The position numbers and the translations under genes were made by a program. Positions 30,863 to 41,077 of a stretch of 51,226 nucleotides of DNA are shown here, piece by piece. Position 1 is the stretch's first letter. The number at the start of each line of letters is the position of its first letter. The notes under the pieces were generated by a model. That model had not been told where the DNA came from. It saw nothing but the letters and a program-made list of their open reading frames with translations, and searched no databases. The stretch comes from an uncultured bacterium (GTDB lineage Bacteria > Fidelibacterota > Marinisomatia > Marinisomatales > CAZVFT01): contig CAZVFT010000003.1 in NCBI GenBank assembly GCA_964626495.1, forward strand, positions 1,995 through 53,220, written 5' to 3'.

Positions 30863-32014
30863 ATGACACCTGACCCCCATTACCCTATTACCGCTGCACC
30901 TTCTCGCTTGCGGAAGAATGTACCACCCATCGAGTTGTTCCAGTGGTTGATTAAGAACTATCAGAAGGCGGAGCACTGCCTGGCGTTTTCAAATATCCAC
31001 GGCTTACGGTTTAGCGAGTTCCAAAAGCTTACCGGCTACGAGATCCCACAGGACTTCGATATGGGCTGGGATGCTCACTACGGTGCCGATGAACTAAATG
31101 ACGTTCTTGCCAAAATCTACAACTGCTCGGTTGGGAACATCGTGACCAGCTCGGGGGGTTCAGAGGCTAATTTTCTGGTCTATCTGTCGCTTCTGGAACC
31201 CGGAGACGATTTCATTATCGAGAAGCCCGGTTACCAGCCCATGTGGCTTTCGGCTGAGATGCTGGGCGCCAGACGGATCGACTGGTCAAGGAAGTTCGAA
31301 GACAGATATCAGCTGGATCTCGAATCTCTAAAAAGCCTTATCACGCCCAAGACCAAACTGATCGTCCTTACCAACCCCCACAATCCCACTGGAAAGACCG
31401 TTCCAAGAAAAGATATTGCAGAACTTGCTGAGATCGCCTGTAAGAACGGAGCGTACGTGATGATAGATGAGATTTTTCTTGAAGGAACGAAGAAATCCCA
31501 GGGCTCAAGTTTCGGCATACCCAATATCATCATAACCTCCAGCATGACCAAGGTGTTCGGTTTGGGCGGGAACAGAACCGGGTGGGTCATAGGACCCGAG
31601 AAGGTGGCGCTTAAATGCCAGCTGGCTAAGGCTCACACGGATGTTGCTTCGAACTTCTTAGGTGAGCTGATGAGCTCCTCGGCATTAGACAAAGCCAGAA
31701 CCACTCTTGTGGACCGGTTCAAGGAAAGGACCTTACCCAACCTAAATATTGTAAAGGAATGGATGGCTCGCCAAGCAGATATCCTGGAATGGGTGGAACC
31801 CGACGGAGGAATAATGTGCTATCCCAGATACAAGGGGGATATGTTTTCCAAGGAACTCTGCCAGAGACTACTGGATGAAGTCGGCGTACTTGTCAATCCG
31901 GGCTGCTACTTCAATGGCGAGGGCCATTTCAGGCTGACATTCTCAATTGAGTGGGACAGATTAAAATCGGGTCTTGATGCCTTAGAGGACGGCCTGAGGA
32001 ATATCCTCGGTTGA
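30863..32014 (+). CDS. PLP-dependent aminotransferase, class I/II
   Basis: GGSEAN, TNPHNPTG, DEIF, SMTKVFGLGGNRTGW, HFRL. Confidence 0.92.
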   Translation: MTPDPHYPITAAPSRLRKNVPPIELFQWLIKNYQKAEHCLAFSNIHGLRFSEFQKLTGYEIPQDFDMGWDAHYGADELNDVLAKIYNCSVGNIVTSSGGSEANFLVYLSLLEPGDDFIIEKPGYQPMWLSAEMLGARRIDWSRKFEDRYQLDLESLKSLITPKTKLIVLTNPHNPTGKTVPRKDIAELAEIACKNGAYVMIDEIFLEGTKKSQGSSFGIPNIIITSSMTKVFGLGGNRTGWVIGPEKVALKCQLAKAHTDVASNFLGELMSSSALDKARTTLVDRFKERTLPNLNIVKEWMARQADILEWVEPDGGIMCYPRYKGDMFSKELCQRLLDEVGVLVNPGCYFNGEGHFRLTFSIEWDRLKSGLDALEDGLRNILG

Positions 32015-32189
32015 CGCTCGATTCTTCACCCCCTAGAAAAAATCAGACTAAGGTATAGATCAAAAAGTTCTGCACACTCCGAGTGAAGGACTTGCCTTTA
32101 TTTAAAAATCACCATCCATCTACTCCTGATAAATCAGGGTACGATGGATAAATCTATACCTTCGGTTTCGATTCATAAATATATCTTCC

Positions 32190-34130
32190 TCACTTCAACA
32201 ACAATAACTTCTTCGTCTCTGTGAACTCTGTGGCTTCCAGTCGGTATAAGTAAACCCCAGCACCCACAGGGTTACCAAAATTGTCAGTACCATCCCAAAC
32301 CACCTCATGATAACCACTCACCAGTTCACCAGGCTCGCTGTAGGCACGCCGAGGCTTCACCAGTTCTTTTACCTCCCTGCCCATAATATCGTAGATAACA
32401 ATGGCTACATAGGATTGTTCAGGCAGGTTGTATCGGATTGTGGTTACTGGATTGAAGGGGTTGGGATAGTTTTGATAGAGAGCGAATTGGTGAGGGGTGA
32501 GGGGTAATTCGTGAGTAAATCCCGCTGCTCCGTATTCATATGCACCCATATCGGGAGCAAAACCGACATATTCATCCGGGCTGAAATCAACAACCGTATC
32601 TCCCATCCAGACAAAGAAATCAGTACCAGTATCTATGCAGGGGGAACCTTCTTGAAGATGAAAGTCTGTGCTATCAACGAACTGCGGATCGGCATCGATA
32701 TTGCCTGTACCCGCCCAGCCTCCTTCCACATCGCTATAGACTACTGTGATATCACTTGAACCATAGGAGCTATCAACCACAATTTCTTCATTTTCATTTC
32801 CCCATACGATGGAGTTGACCACAATGGGGTGAGCACCACCGTCGGTTCGTATTCCACGAAGATTTGCCACAATGGTATTGTTCACTATCTGTGCCTCGGA
32901 GTCGTACATACAGACAATCCCTTCTCCCTCATTTCCTGCAATCACATTTCGAAAGATCCGTGGAGAATTATCACCCCAGATACAAATACCACCTCCATCC
33001 CCAAAATCCATGACATTCCACTCGATGGTATTGCCTTCAATTAGCGGTTCACTACCCACACCCACAAATATTCCAGCTCCCTCGGCAACTCCATATCCAC
33101 TCATCGTCTCGTTTGAACGAATGATATTATCAAGAACTAACACATCTGAACTGTCCCGGATACAGATACCAGCTCCGGCATAGGCGCCATAGTTTTCACT
33201 GATGGTATTGCCAAGAATTTGAGCATCCGAATAACTGCAAAAAATGCCGGCACCATCAACATACCAATCACAGTAATTTTGAATGATTATGTTATTCTCA
33301 ATAATGGGTGAGGAATGGATGCAGCGGATACCTCCACCTCCTACCAGGAGTGTGTCACCATAAATAGCAAATCCCCTCTTAATTGTAAATCCAGTTAAAA
33401 CAGAATTTTCATCTTCTCCTGAAATGAAGGATACAACACTCCCACTGCTATCCCCATCAATAACAGTTTGTGAGATATAAGATGTATCACTGGTAGTAAG
33501 ATACAATGACCCCACCACAATATTCTTCCCATGGTAGTTGATATTTTCTACGTAGGTGCCTTCGTGGACAAGAATGGTGTCACCCTCACTTGACACATTG
33601 ATCCCATGCTGGATGGTGGCAAATGGATTTTCCGCAGAGCCGTCGCCGGTGGTATCATTGCCAGTGGTAGAGACATGCCAGACGGGACCAGAATATCCCG
33701 CCGGATAGGTAGTCACCACATAATTAACTGTATCAGAATAAACAGTACTATCAACATCCAATATTACCAGCTGAACCGTACCCGTCCCCTCATTTGTATT
33801 CGCATTTATGTAAAGTGTGAAATGCCGGCATGAATCCGGTTCCACTGGACTGCTGCCAAAGTCATAATTCGTAGCTATACTGTCAATGATAGGCGGATAA
33901 CACAAACCATCCAAACACATTCTCGATAACCAGTTTTCAGGTAAATCATCCACTGTTCTAACAATGGCAACAATAATCGTATCAAGTGAAACGTTCGTAA
34001 TCGTTGCATCGAACACCACAAGACTGTCTAACTCAATATATGCCTCTGTATCACCTGTTTCAAAAGTGAAACTCTGGGCTGTTATTATTCTTATAAAAAT
34101 TGTGGTAATAATAAGACCTTTTATTTTCAT
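32190..34130 (-). CDS. Secreted right-handed beta-helix (DUF1565-like) protein with FlgD/T9SS-type C-terminal domain
   Basis: WHVSTTGND..GS.ENPFATIQ, parallel beta-helix N-ladder repeats, DMGAYEY, QNYPNPFNP. ATG 34130 follows AGGAGG. Confidence 0.85.
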   Translation of the reverse strand: MKIKGLIITTIFIRIITAQSFTFETGDTEAYIELDSLVVFDATITNVSLDTIIVAIVRTVDDLPENWLSRMCLDGLCYPPIIDSIATNYDFGSSPVEPDSCRHFTLYINANTNEGTGTVQLVILDVDSTVYSDTVNYVVTTYPAGYSGPVWHVSTTGNDTTGDGSAENPFATIQHGINVSSEGDTILVHEGTYVENINYHGKNIVVGSLYLTTSDTSYISQTVIDGDSSGSVVSFISGEDENSVLTGFTIKRGFAIYGDTLLVGGGGIRCIHSSPIIENNIIIQNYCDWYVDGAGIFCSYSDAQILGNTISENYGAYAGAGICIRDSSDVLVLDNIIRSNETMSGYGVAEGAGIFVGVGSEPLIEGNTIEWNVMDFGDGGGICIWGDNSPRIFRNVIAGNEGEGIVCMYDSEAQIVNNTIVANLRGIRTDGGAHPIVVNSIVWGNENEEIVVDSSYGSSDITVVYSDVEGGWAGTGNIDADPQFVDSTDFHLQEGSPCIDTGTDFFVWMGDTVVDFSPDEYVGFAPDMGAYEYGAAGFTHELPLTPHQFALYQNYPNPFNPVTTIRYNLPEQSYVAIVIYDIMGREVKELVKPRRAYSEPGELVSGYHEVVWDGTDNFGNPVGAGVYLYRLEATEFTETKKLLLLK

Positions 34131-34391
34131 TTTATTCCTCCTGAGATGAGGGTGAAAAATTTCTGATTGTGGCACAATTTTATATGAGAGATTGATGAAA
34201 TTAAGCTCGAGTAACAGATCTGTTTCATTCAATTCTCCAGTACAATTTAATCTTACTCATCAAAATGAGAAATGTCAATGTCAAAATTTGAATAAGTGAA
34301 GAAAAGTTGATTATTCTAAAATATACCAATAAATTTGCCACCACTTTTGGAACGTTCATAACACGATTTATTAAAAGAGAAAGATTAAGAA

Positions 34392-34652
34392 ATGACTGAG
34401 AAAAAAAATTTATCGGTACAAAAAAGAGAGCGCCAACAGCAGAAAGCATACATCCGGAATAAACACTATAAAAGTCAAATGAAGACAGCAATAAAAAAGG
34501 TTTTGTCGTCAACCACCAGGGAAGAAGGGGAAAAGGTCTATCGGCAAGCAGTATCCATCATCGATTCATTAGTCAGTAAAGGGATTATTCATAAAAACAC
34601 AGCAGGACGGAAAAAGTCCCAGATTACAAAATATCTGAATAGTCTCTCCTGA
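34392..34652 (+). CDS. rpsT: 30S ribosomal protein S20
   Basis: KR.RQ..RN..YKSQMKTAIKK, KGIIHKNTAGRKKS. Confidence 0.95.
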   Translation: MTEKKNLSVQKRERQQQKAYIRNKHYKSQMKTAIKKVLSSTTREEGEKVYRQAVSIIDSLVSKGIIHKNTAGRKKSQITKYLNSLS

Positions 34653-35039
34653 CAATTACCTCATTAATTCTTCCCTTTCCATTTAGCTTTTTATTTAATC
34701 CCCGCCTGAATAAAGGGTCTTACCTAAGGGAACACCATTAGAATCAATAATCTATACCTGGTGTTTGTCCCTGGCGGAATCAATCCCGACAATAATTTTC
34801 CCTTGTACGTATTGTCTATTTCCAATTAACTTCTTGTTGTTATGGTTCATAATCGTTCCCCTTTGTTGGTTTTGTTGTTTTTATTCCTGTTCCCATACCA
34901 GGACTTTCATCTGATTTTACAACTTTCTGACTCCTCCAAAGGAGAGCCTTTGGCTCAAGGGAGTCCCTGTTGGGACAGAGGGGAACATAGATATCGTTGG
35001 CAAGCCACAATGAAACAATTAATGATAGGAAAATGAACT

Positions 35040-35954
35040 ATGGCTAATTTATTTTGGAAAACACAACAAGAGACAAAAAGTCTACTTGCTACACCGTTCA
35101 AAACTGAAGAAGAGTTTGAAAAAGTAATTTTTGAAAATCAGGAAATTCTTGAAGATATATTTTTGATAAAACGACAAATTCGTGGTGGAAACAAATCAGG
35201 TATTCCTGATATCGTTGGTGTAGACAATGATGGTAATGTATGTATTGTAGAAATGAAAAATGTTACGGTTGACGCATCTATCATTCCTCAAGTTTTACAA
35301 TATGCTTTTTGGGCAGAAACAAATCCTGATTCTATAAAATCTCTATGGTTAGAATGCGAAAATAAACCAGACGAACTCTCAATTAGTTGGGATGATTTCC
35401 AAGTTAGAATTGTTGTCATCGCACCAAGCATTCTTCGTTCAACTTTGGATATTGTAAACAAAATCAATTACACCGTTGATTTAATTGAAGTTAAACGCTG
35501 GGTAGAAGGCGAGCATCATTTGCTTCTTGTCAATAAATTGGAAGAAGATAAAAAATCAAAAGTATCTACTGTATCGGGTTTGGAAACATATGACGCTGAT
35601 TTCTATAAACACCATTTCAACAAAAAAAGTGCTGTATCTTTCTTGAAATACATTCACGAAGTTGAATCGTTTATCAAAAAAAATAATTGGTCATTGGAAA
35701 CAAAATACAATAAACATTACTGTGGCTTTAAAGCGGGTTTCTTTAATGCTTTTGGTATTAAGTGGGTTGGTTCTAAAACTTTTGGTTTTTTCTTTAAGTT
35801 ACCTGAAGAAAAAGCAAAAACTGTGGATATTGAAATGACAAAATATGATTCTGGATGGAAAGAAGCAGTTTATTACATTACACCTGGTAAAACAAAGGTA
35901 AGTGATTTTCAACCATTGTTTGAATTGGCTTATAAAAAAATTACGGGTGATTAG
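35040..35954 (+). CDS. NucS/EndoMS-like PD-(D/E)XK nuclease with DUF5655-like C-terminal domain
   Basis: E..FE, IPDIVGVD, IVEMK, QVLQY nuclease motifs. Confidence 0.7.
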   Translation: MANLFWKTQQETKSLLATPFKTEEEFEKVIFENQEILEDIFLIKRQIRGGNKSGIPDIVGVDNDGNVCIVEMKNVTVDASIIPQVLQYAFWAETNPDSIKSLWLECENKPDELSISWDDFQVRIVVIAPSILRSTLDIVNKINYTVDLIEVKRWVEGEHHLLLVNKLEEDKKSKVSTVSGLETYDADFYKHHFNKKSAVSFLKYIHEVESFIKKNNWSLETKYNKHYCGFKAGFFNAFGIKWVGSKTFGFFFKLPEEKAKTVDIEMTKYDSGWKEAVYYITPGKTKVSDFQPLFELAYKKITGD

Positions 35955-36110
35955 TGGTCTTGCCAACCCCCACTACCCCGCCGATTGCGGGACAGGCGTT
36001 CTGCTTAATCTGGTAACGACCGCCTTCGAGCTTTTGGTGGACAAGCCCGCTCAGCAAGATGGCGGACAAGCCAGTGAGTTTATTCGTGTATCCAACCCTA
36101 AAAAAAGTTC

Positions 36111-36139
36111 TTGCAATATCACGATAGCCGTGCTATTAT
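36111..36139 (+). promoter_or_regulatory. higBA sigma70 promoter with operator palindrome
   Basis: TTGCAA-17 nt-TATTAT; TATCACG-atagc-CGTGCTA lies between the boxes. Confidence 0.65.
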
Positions 36140-36145
36140 TACCCT

Positions 36146-36439
36146 GTGATACGATCATTCTCTGACAAGGGTACTGCAGATATTTTCAACGGTGTTGATT
36201 CGAAAATTGCCTGGAAGAGATGCCCTATTAACCTTCGATCAGTTGCTATTCGAAAGCTTGATCAATTAGATTCTGTCATTCGTCTATCTGAACTTCGAAT
36301 CCCACCAGGAAACCGATTTGAAGCATTGAGAGGTAACAGAGAAGGTCAATATAGTATCCGTATCAATAAGCAGTATAGGATATGTTTCAGTTGGACTGAA
36401 CCAGGTCCAATTGATGTAGAAATAGTGGATTACCACTAA
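36146..36439 (+). CDS. higB: HigB (RelE-family) toxin
   Basis: MIRSF.DKGT, RKLDQL, PPGNRFEAL.GNR.GQYSIRIN.QYRICF. Confidence 0.93.
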   Translation: MIRSFSDKGTADIFNGVDSKIAWKRCPINLRSVAIRKLDQLDSVIRLSELRIPPGNRFEALRGNREGQYSIRINKQYRICFSWTEPGPIDVEIVDYH

Positions 36440-36452
36440 AGGAGAGGATAAA

Positions 36453-36752
36453 ATGGTTAGAATTCCAACAAACCGTACGCCAACACATCCAGGTGAGATG
36501 TTGCTTGAAGAATTCCTAAAACCAATGGGGGTTACACAGAAACAACTCTCGGTTGCAATACATGTATCCTTTCAGCGGATTAATGAACTTGTCAATGGCA
36601 AAAGAGGAATTACGCCTAGTACTGCCCTCCGACTTTCACTGTTTTTTGGTAATACAGCTGATTTTTGGATGAATCTCCAGCAACGATGGGACTTATATTG
36701 GGCAAAGTTGAAAGAGTCAGATGAATTGCATCGAATTCAGAGTATCGCTTGA
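36453..36752 (+). CDS. higA: HigA antitoxin (HTH)
   Basis: THPGEMLLEEFL, RINELVNGKRGIT, FWMNLQ. Confidence 0.94.
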   Translation: MVRIPTNRTPTHPGEMLLEEFLKPMGVTQKQLSVAIHVSFQRINELVNGKRGITPSTALRLSLFFGNTADFWMNLQQRWDLYWAKLKESDELHRIQSIA

Positions 36753-36765
36753 GATTATTGTGGTT

Positions 36766-36826
36766 GCCTAACATCCAATCAACCTGACCACGCATTCTGT
36801 TGGGCAGGCTATTTTATTCGCCAATC
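36766..36826. other. Degenerate attC-like site
   Basis: GCCTAAC..AACCTGAC..GCAGGCT..GCCAAT; the R' GTT is mutated. Confidence 0.55.
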
Positions 36827-36954
36827 AGTTTCGCCATTGACTCGAGTTATGTCCAACTCACTAATCATAAATCTTTTAGTGTCCAATTATATAGTGTTTG
36901 CTATACACAAATATCTTTATGTATATTTGGCTGTACAAAAAAAAGAGGTTTGAT

Positions 36955-38064
36955 ATGAAACCATATCTACCAAATGAATTACCCGTTAAAAATCTAAATT
37001 ATGAAAATATTATCGGATTAGTGGGACGGGCTAATGCCGAACTCGCCCGTTATGATGGATTATTGCAAGCTATAGTAAATCCGGAAATATTACTTTCGCC
37101 TTTAACTACGAATGAAGCGGTGTTGTCCTCCAAAATTGAAGGAACTCAGGCTACACTGGATGAAGTTTTAAAATTCGAAGCAGGAATAGACTTACTGGAA
37201 GAGAGGAAAAAGCAGGATGTACAAGAGATTGTCAATTATCGCTCAACTTTAATATTAGCAGAGAAAGCATTACAAAATCGCCCTTTGTCTCTCTTTCTTA
37301 TCAGACAAATGCACAAGGAATTGATGACAAGTGTCCGTGGCGCTGATAAACAACCGGGTAAGTTTCGCACTACGCAAAATTGGATAGGGATGGCTGGAAC
37401 ACCCACTGAACAGGCTTTATTTATTCCTCCCGAACCATCTGTTTTGTAAGATTACCTTAACTTATTTGAAAAATATATTTGGATTGATGATTCTGATGTT
37501 TTAATACAATCAGCAATTATCCACGCTCAATTTGAATTACTACATCCCTTTTTGGATGGAAATGGCAGGATTGGACGCTTATTAATACCGCTATTTCTTT
37601 ATTATAAAAAAGTGCTATCACGTCCTATGTTTTATTTAAGCTCTTATTTGGAAAATCATAGAGACGAGTATTACAAGCGACTTCAGGAAATATCGAATAA
37701 AAATAATTGGGACAGTTGGGTAAATTTTTACTTAAATGCAGTAGTTGAGCAATCAAGAAAAAATAACGCCAAAGTAAAAGAGATTTTGGACCACTATTTT
37801 AACATACGAGATTATATAGTTGAACGTACTCGTTCTCAATACGCTCATCAATTACTTGATGCTATTTTTGATAAACCTATATTCCGTTCAAGCGATATCC
37901 AGCAGGAATCGAAGATTCCAAAGCAATCACTTATGCCAATGTTAAAGCAATTACAGAATGATAAAGTGTTAATAGTCATACGGCAAGCCAGTGGCCGGAT
38001 GCCGGCTGTTCTCGTCTTCCAAAAATTGCTGGAAATAACCGAAGATAGGCAATTTCAGTTTTAA
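36955..38064 (+). pseudogene. Fic family protein (Fic_N + Fido) with in-frame TAA at 37447-37449
   Basis: EAVLSSKIEGT before the stop. The same frame continues to HAQFELLHPFLDGNGRIGR. Confidence 0.88.
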
Positions 38065-38098
38065 TAATGTGCAAGAAAAATCAATTAGTAAAACGGCA

Positions 38099-38195
38099 TT
38101 CTAACATTATAATCAACCTGACTAAAAACGCGTCTGAGTTTCTGGTCGGTAGAAGTTCATTAAGCGTTTTGTCTGGTTATCGCCGTCCGTTAACA
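38099..38195. other. attC-like recombination site
   Basis: TTCTAAC..AACCTGAC.AAAACGC..GCGTTTT.GTCTGGTT..GTTAACA: nested inverted boxes downstream of the Fic stop. Confidence 0.7.
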
Positions 38196-38254
38196 CCATA
38201 AGAACCGACCAGCAATTTATTGGCTTACAAAGGGAATTCTTTTAGTGGAAACAG

Positions 38255-41077
38255 TTACAGATTATTTGAAAATTCTTCAATTGAAGAAAATATGTTCATC
38301 TGAACAGGAATCACCTCAGAAAACAGACGTCCGTACCTCTTATTAATAACACGACTGTCTAAATTGATGTAAACACCTTCATCAAAAGACGTTCGAATCA
38401 ATCGTCCAAATCCCTGCCGCAGCCGGATTGCTGCTTCAGGAACCCCAAAATCAAAAAAACTATTTCCCCCTCTATTTTGGATAAGCTCACCGTATGCCTT
38501 CACAATTGGTTCATTGGGAACATCAAAAGGAAGTTTGGTAATGATCAATACTTCCAATAGTTCTTTAGGAAGATCCACCCCCTCCCAGAATGAGTCTGTC
38601 CCAAAAAGAATCCCATCAGGTGACTTCTTGAACCCTGTCAACAGTTGATTTCGTGAAGCCGGCGGAAGCTGGACAAATAAATTAAACTTTCCCGTAAGTC
38701 CCCTCTGTTCAAATTCATCGTAGCATTTACCTATCATTCTCCTCGATGTAAACAGAACCATAATTCGCTTCTTCCACCTCTGATTTAAAAGAGTTACCAG
38801 ATCGCAAATAAATCCGGGAAAATCATCAGAAGTAGAAAGAAGAGGTCCACCATACTGGTAGTATTTACACTGTTCTTCGTAGTAAAATGGACTGGGGAAT
38901 ACCCGCGTCTGAATGTTTAAATCATCATTTTCGGATAACCCCATTCTTGATATCAAATAGTCAAACTTTTTGCCCGTTTTTAGTGTCGCAGAGGTGATGA
39001 TGACAGATTCCATTGGTTTGAATATATCTTTCAACAGCTCGGAACCAATATCAATGGGAACCGCATTAAGAGAGATGAGCAATTCGTCATTGAAATATCG
39101 CCCAGACAACCAATATACCCAATCGTCCCTCTCGTTGATTGCAGTTTCCATCAGAGTTGTTAAAATTTCCTCCATTGATTCTTCCACTGATCTGAGCGAC
39201 ACAGGAAGGTCCTTTGAAACTTTTTTCTCTCCCAGTTGATCAAGTTTCTTTAAAATCACAGTAAGTTGGTCAATCCCGGATTTAATAGAATGAATCAATT
39301 CTGTGATCAGGGATCTAACATTCTTAAACTGTTTTTCAAAACCCTTATACTTGAGTTTTTGTTCATAGGTAACGTTGGGATCAAACGAACGAGAGAATAA
39401 CTTCGACATTTCATCAAACAATTGTTTGCTTTTAATCAAAAGTGATTCAACCGTCATTTGAAAGTCGGAGTACTGCTTTAACAATGAATCCTCCATCTGT
39501 CCTACCGCTTCAATTTGCTTTTTCAATCGCTGGGATACTTTAGAAGTGGGATTGACCAAGCTTAACAAATCCCAGATTAATTGATGATTAACTTTCTTCT
39601 GATATTGACTGTATCCAACTTTTACTAAATTGTGAGCCTCATCAACGACAACCCGACGGAAGGGCGGTAAAATACCTGGATTTTGAATTTCAGAGAGCAA
39701 TAATGCCTGATTAATTACGATAAGATCAGCTTGTTGATTCTTCAGCCGAAGCGGTCCCACAAAACAGCCGTGATTATTCTTACAAATCTGACGGGTACAA
39801 AATCCCACATCGCTGCTGATCATTGATTTCACCCGGCCGGATCTGCGATTTAAAAATCCTGCACATTCGGAAAAATCACCCGTTTTTGTCCACTGCAGCC
39901 AGACAATAACCGGCAGAAGCGATAAAACTTCATATTTAGAAAGCATACTTTTTGCATCGGCAATGACCCAATCGAGACGTGTTTTACACAGATAATTCTG
40001 ACGACCTTTCATCATTGTAGCGCTGAAGGAGACATCCAAAGCCTGTGCCAACTTGGGTAATTCCTGATAAAACAGCTGATCCTGAAGATGCTTCGTATGG
40101 CACGAAATCACGCTGGGACCCTCTTCTTTTTCAAGAGAAATTTTAAGAGCAGGATAGAGATAAGCGAGGGATTTGCCCAATCCAGCGCCCGCTTCGCCAA
40201 CCCCTATCACACCATTTTCCAAAGACTTCAGAATAAAATCAGAATATTCAATCTGATATGGACGCACCTCATAATCATCCGTTCCAAATGTTGCAGAAAA
40301 GATACCATTTTCACCAAAGACACCCTCTGCTTTCTCAGGGATTACGTTAGAATTTCCGTGATACTCAAAAAAATTATTGAACTCCGGTTTTTGGATAGAT
40401 GATTCTACCAGACCGTGTTTTAACTTTTGTTCACTTACCAACAAATTAGCGATATTAACAAACAATTCTTTATTCGGAACATCGAAGTTCTGAATTGCTG
40501 CCAATATTTTCTGAATCACAGAGAGGGAATATGAGCACGCCTCCAATATCAGGTTCAAAAAGAGAATGCCTACATTTTCCGTATCTGCAAGAGCTCGATG
40601 CGACCCCTCTTTGGGAGCACCAAAATATTCTGCTACCGTCCCAAGTCGGTGATTGGGAAGAAAGTAGAGAAAAGTCTGTGCCAGAACCAATGTATCAAAA
40701 AGTGGGTTGGAAATATCAACATTTTCGAGAGAATATCTCTCTTTCAGTGCTCTTAAAAAATTATAATCAAAATCAATGTTATGTGCCACAATGGGGTTGT
40801 CACCTATAAATTCAAATATATCTGTAACAATATCTTCCTCACGTGGGGAATCTGCTACCATCTCATTGGTGATTCCAGTGATATTCGTGATGTTCGACGG
40901 AATGGGGATTTGTGGATTGACTAAAGTGTCGTAACGATCCGCAATCTCACCATCCTTGTACCGGATAGCGGCAAATTCAATAATTCTATCAAGTTGGGGA
41001 TCTAAACCGGTAGTTTCAAAATCGAAGGCTACGTAAGTCTGTAGATCAAGATTACGTAAAAGTTCACGTAAATTCAT
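38255..41077 (-). CDS. dinG: DnaQ-like 3'-5' exonuclease fused to a DinG-family helicase
   Basis: FDFETTG, AHN..FD, HRALAD exonuclease motifs. GLGKS, KGRQNYLC, DEAH, TSAT, FWEGVD, QGFGRLIR helicase motifs. Confidence 0.9.
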   Translation of the reverse strand: MNLRELLRNLDLQTYVAFDFETTGLDPQLDRIIEFAAIRYKDGEIADRYDTLVNPQIPIPSNITNITGITNEMVADSPREEDIVTDIFEFIGDNPIVAHNIDFDYNFLRALKERYSLENVDISNPLFDTLVLAQTFLYFLPNHRLGTVAEYFGAPKEGSHRALADTENVGILFLNLILEACSYSLSVIQKILAAIQNFDVPNKELFVNIANLLVSEQKLKHGLVESSIQKPEFNNFFEYHGNSNVIPEKAEGVFGENGIFSATFGTDDYEVRPYQIEYSDFILKSLENGVIGVGEAGAGLGKSLAYLYPALKISLEKEEGPSVISCHTKHLQDQLFYQELPKLAQALDVSFSATMMKGRQNYLCKTRLDWVIADAKSMLSKYEVLSLLPVIVWLQWTKTGDFSECAGFLNRRSGRVKSMISSDVGFCTRQICKNNHGCFVGPLRLKNQQADLIVINQALLLSEIQNPGILPPFRRVVVDEAHNLVKVGYSQYQKKVNHQLIWDLLSLVNPTSKVSQRLKKQIEAVGQMEDSLLKQYSDFQMTVESLLIKSKQLFDEMSKLFSRSFDPNVTYEQKLKYKGFEKQFKNVRSLITELIHSIKSGIDQLTVILKKLDQLGEKKVSKDLPVSLRSVEESMEEILTTLMETAINERDDWVYWLSGRYFNDELLISLNAVPIDIGSELLKDIFKPMESVIITSATLKTGKKFDYLISRMGLSENDDLNIQTRVFPSPFYYEEQCKYYQYGGPLLSTSDDFPGFICDLVTLLNQRWKKRIMVLFTSRRMIGKCYDEFEQRGLTGKFNLFVQLPPASRNQLLTGFKKSPDGILFGTDSFWEGVDLPKELLEVLIITKLPFDVPNEPIVKAYGELIQNRGGNSFFDFGVPEAAIRLRQGFGRLIRTSFDEGVYINLDSRVINKRYGRLFSEVIPVQMNIFSSIEEFSNNL

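Larger units (their letters stand above)
34996..38195 (+). mobile_element. Integron-like cassette array without integrase (CALIN-like), three cassettes
   Basis: Cassette 1 is bounded by GTTGGCAAG (34996) and CTTGCCAAC (35959). attC-like sites at 36766-36826 and 38099-38195. All cargo genes are co-oriented. No intI in the window. Confidence 0.7.

Noticed and set aside
34767-34850. Additional attC or attI site upstream of the cassette array
   Set aside because: It has AATCAATCCCGAC, a GACAATA/TATTGTC stem and GTTATGG, but no R'' box or correct spacing. Too degenerate to call.
40165-40205. Inactive DinG Walker A (EAGAGLGKS)
   Set aside because: GKS and all other helicase motifs are intact, so the variation is within the family range.
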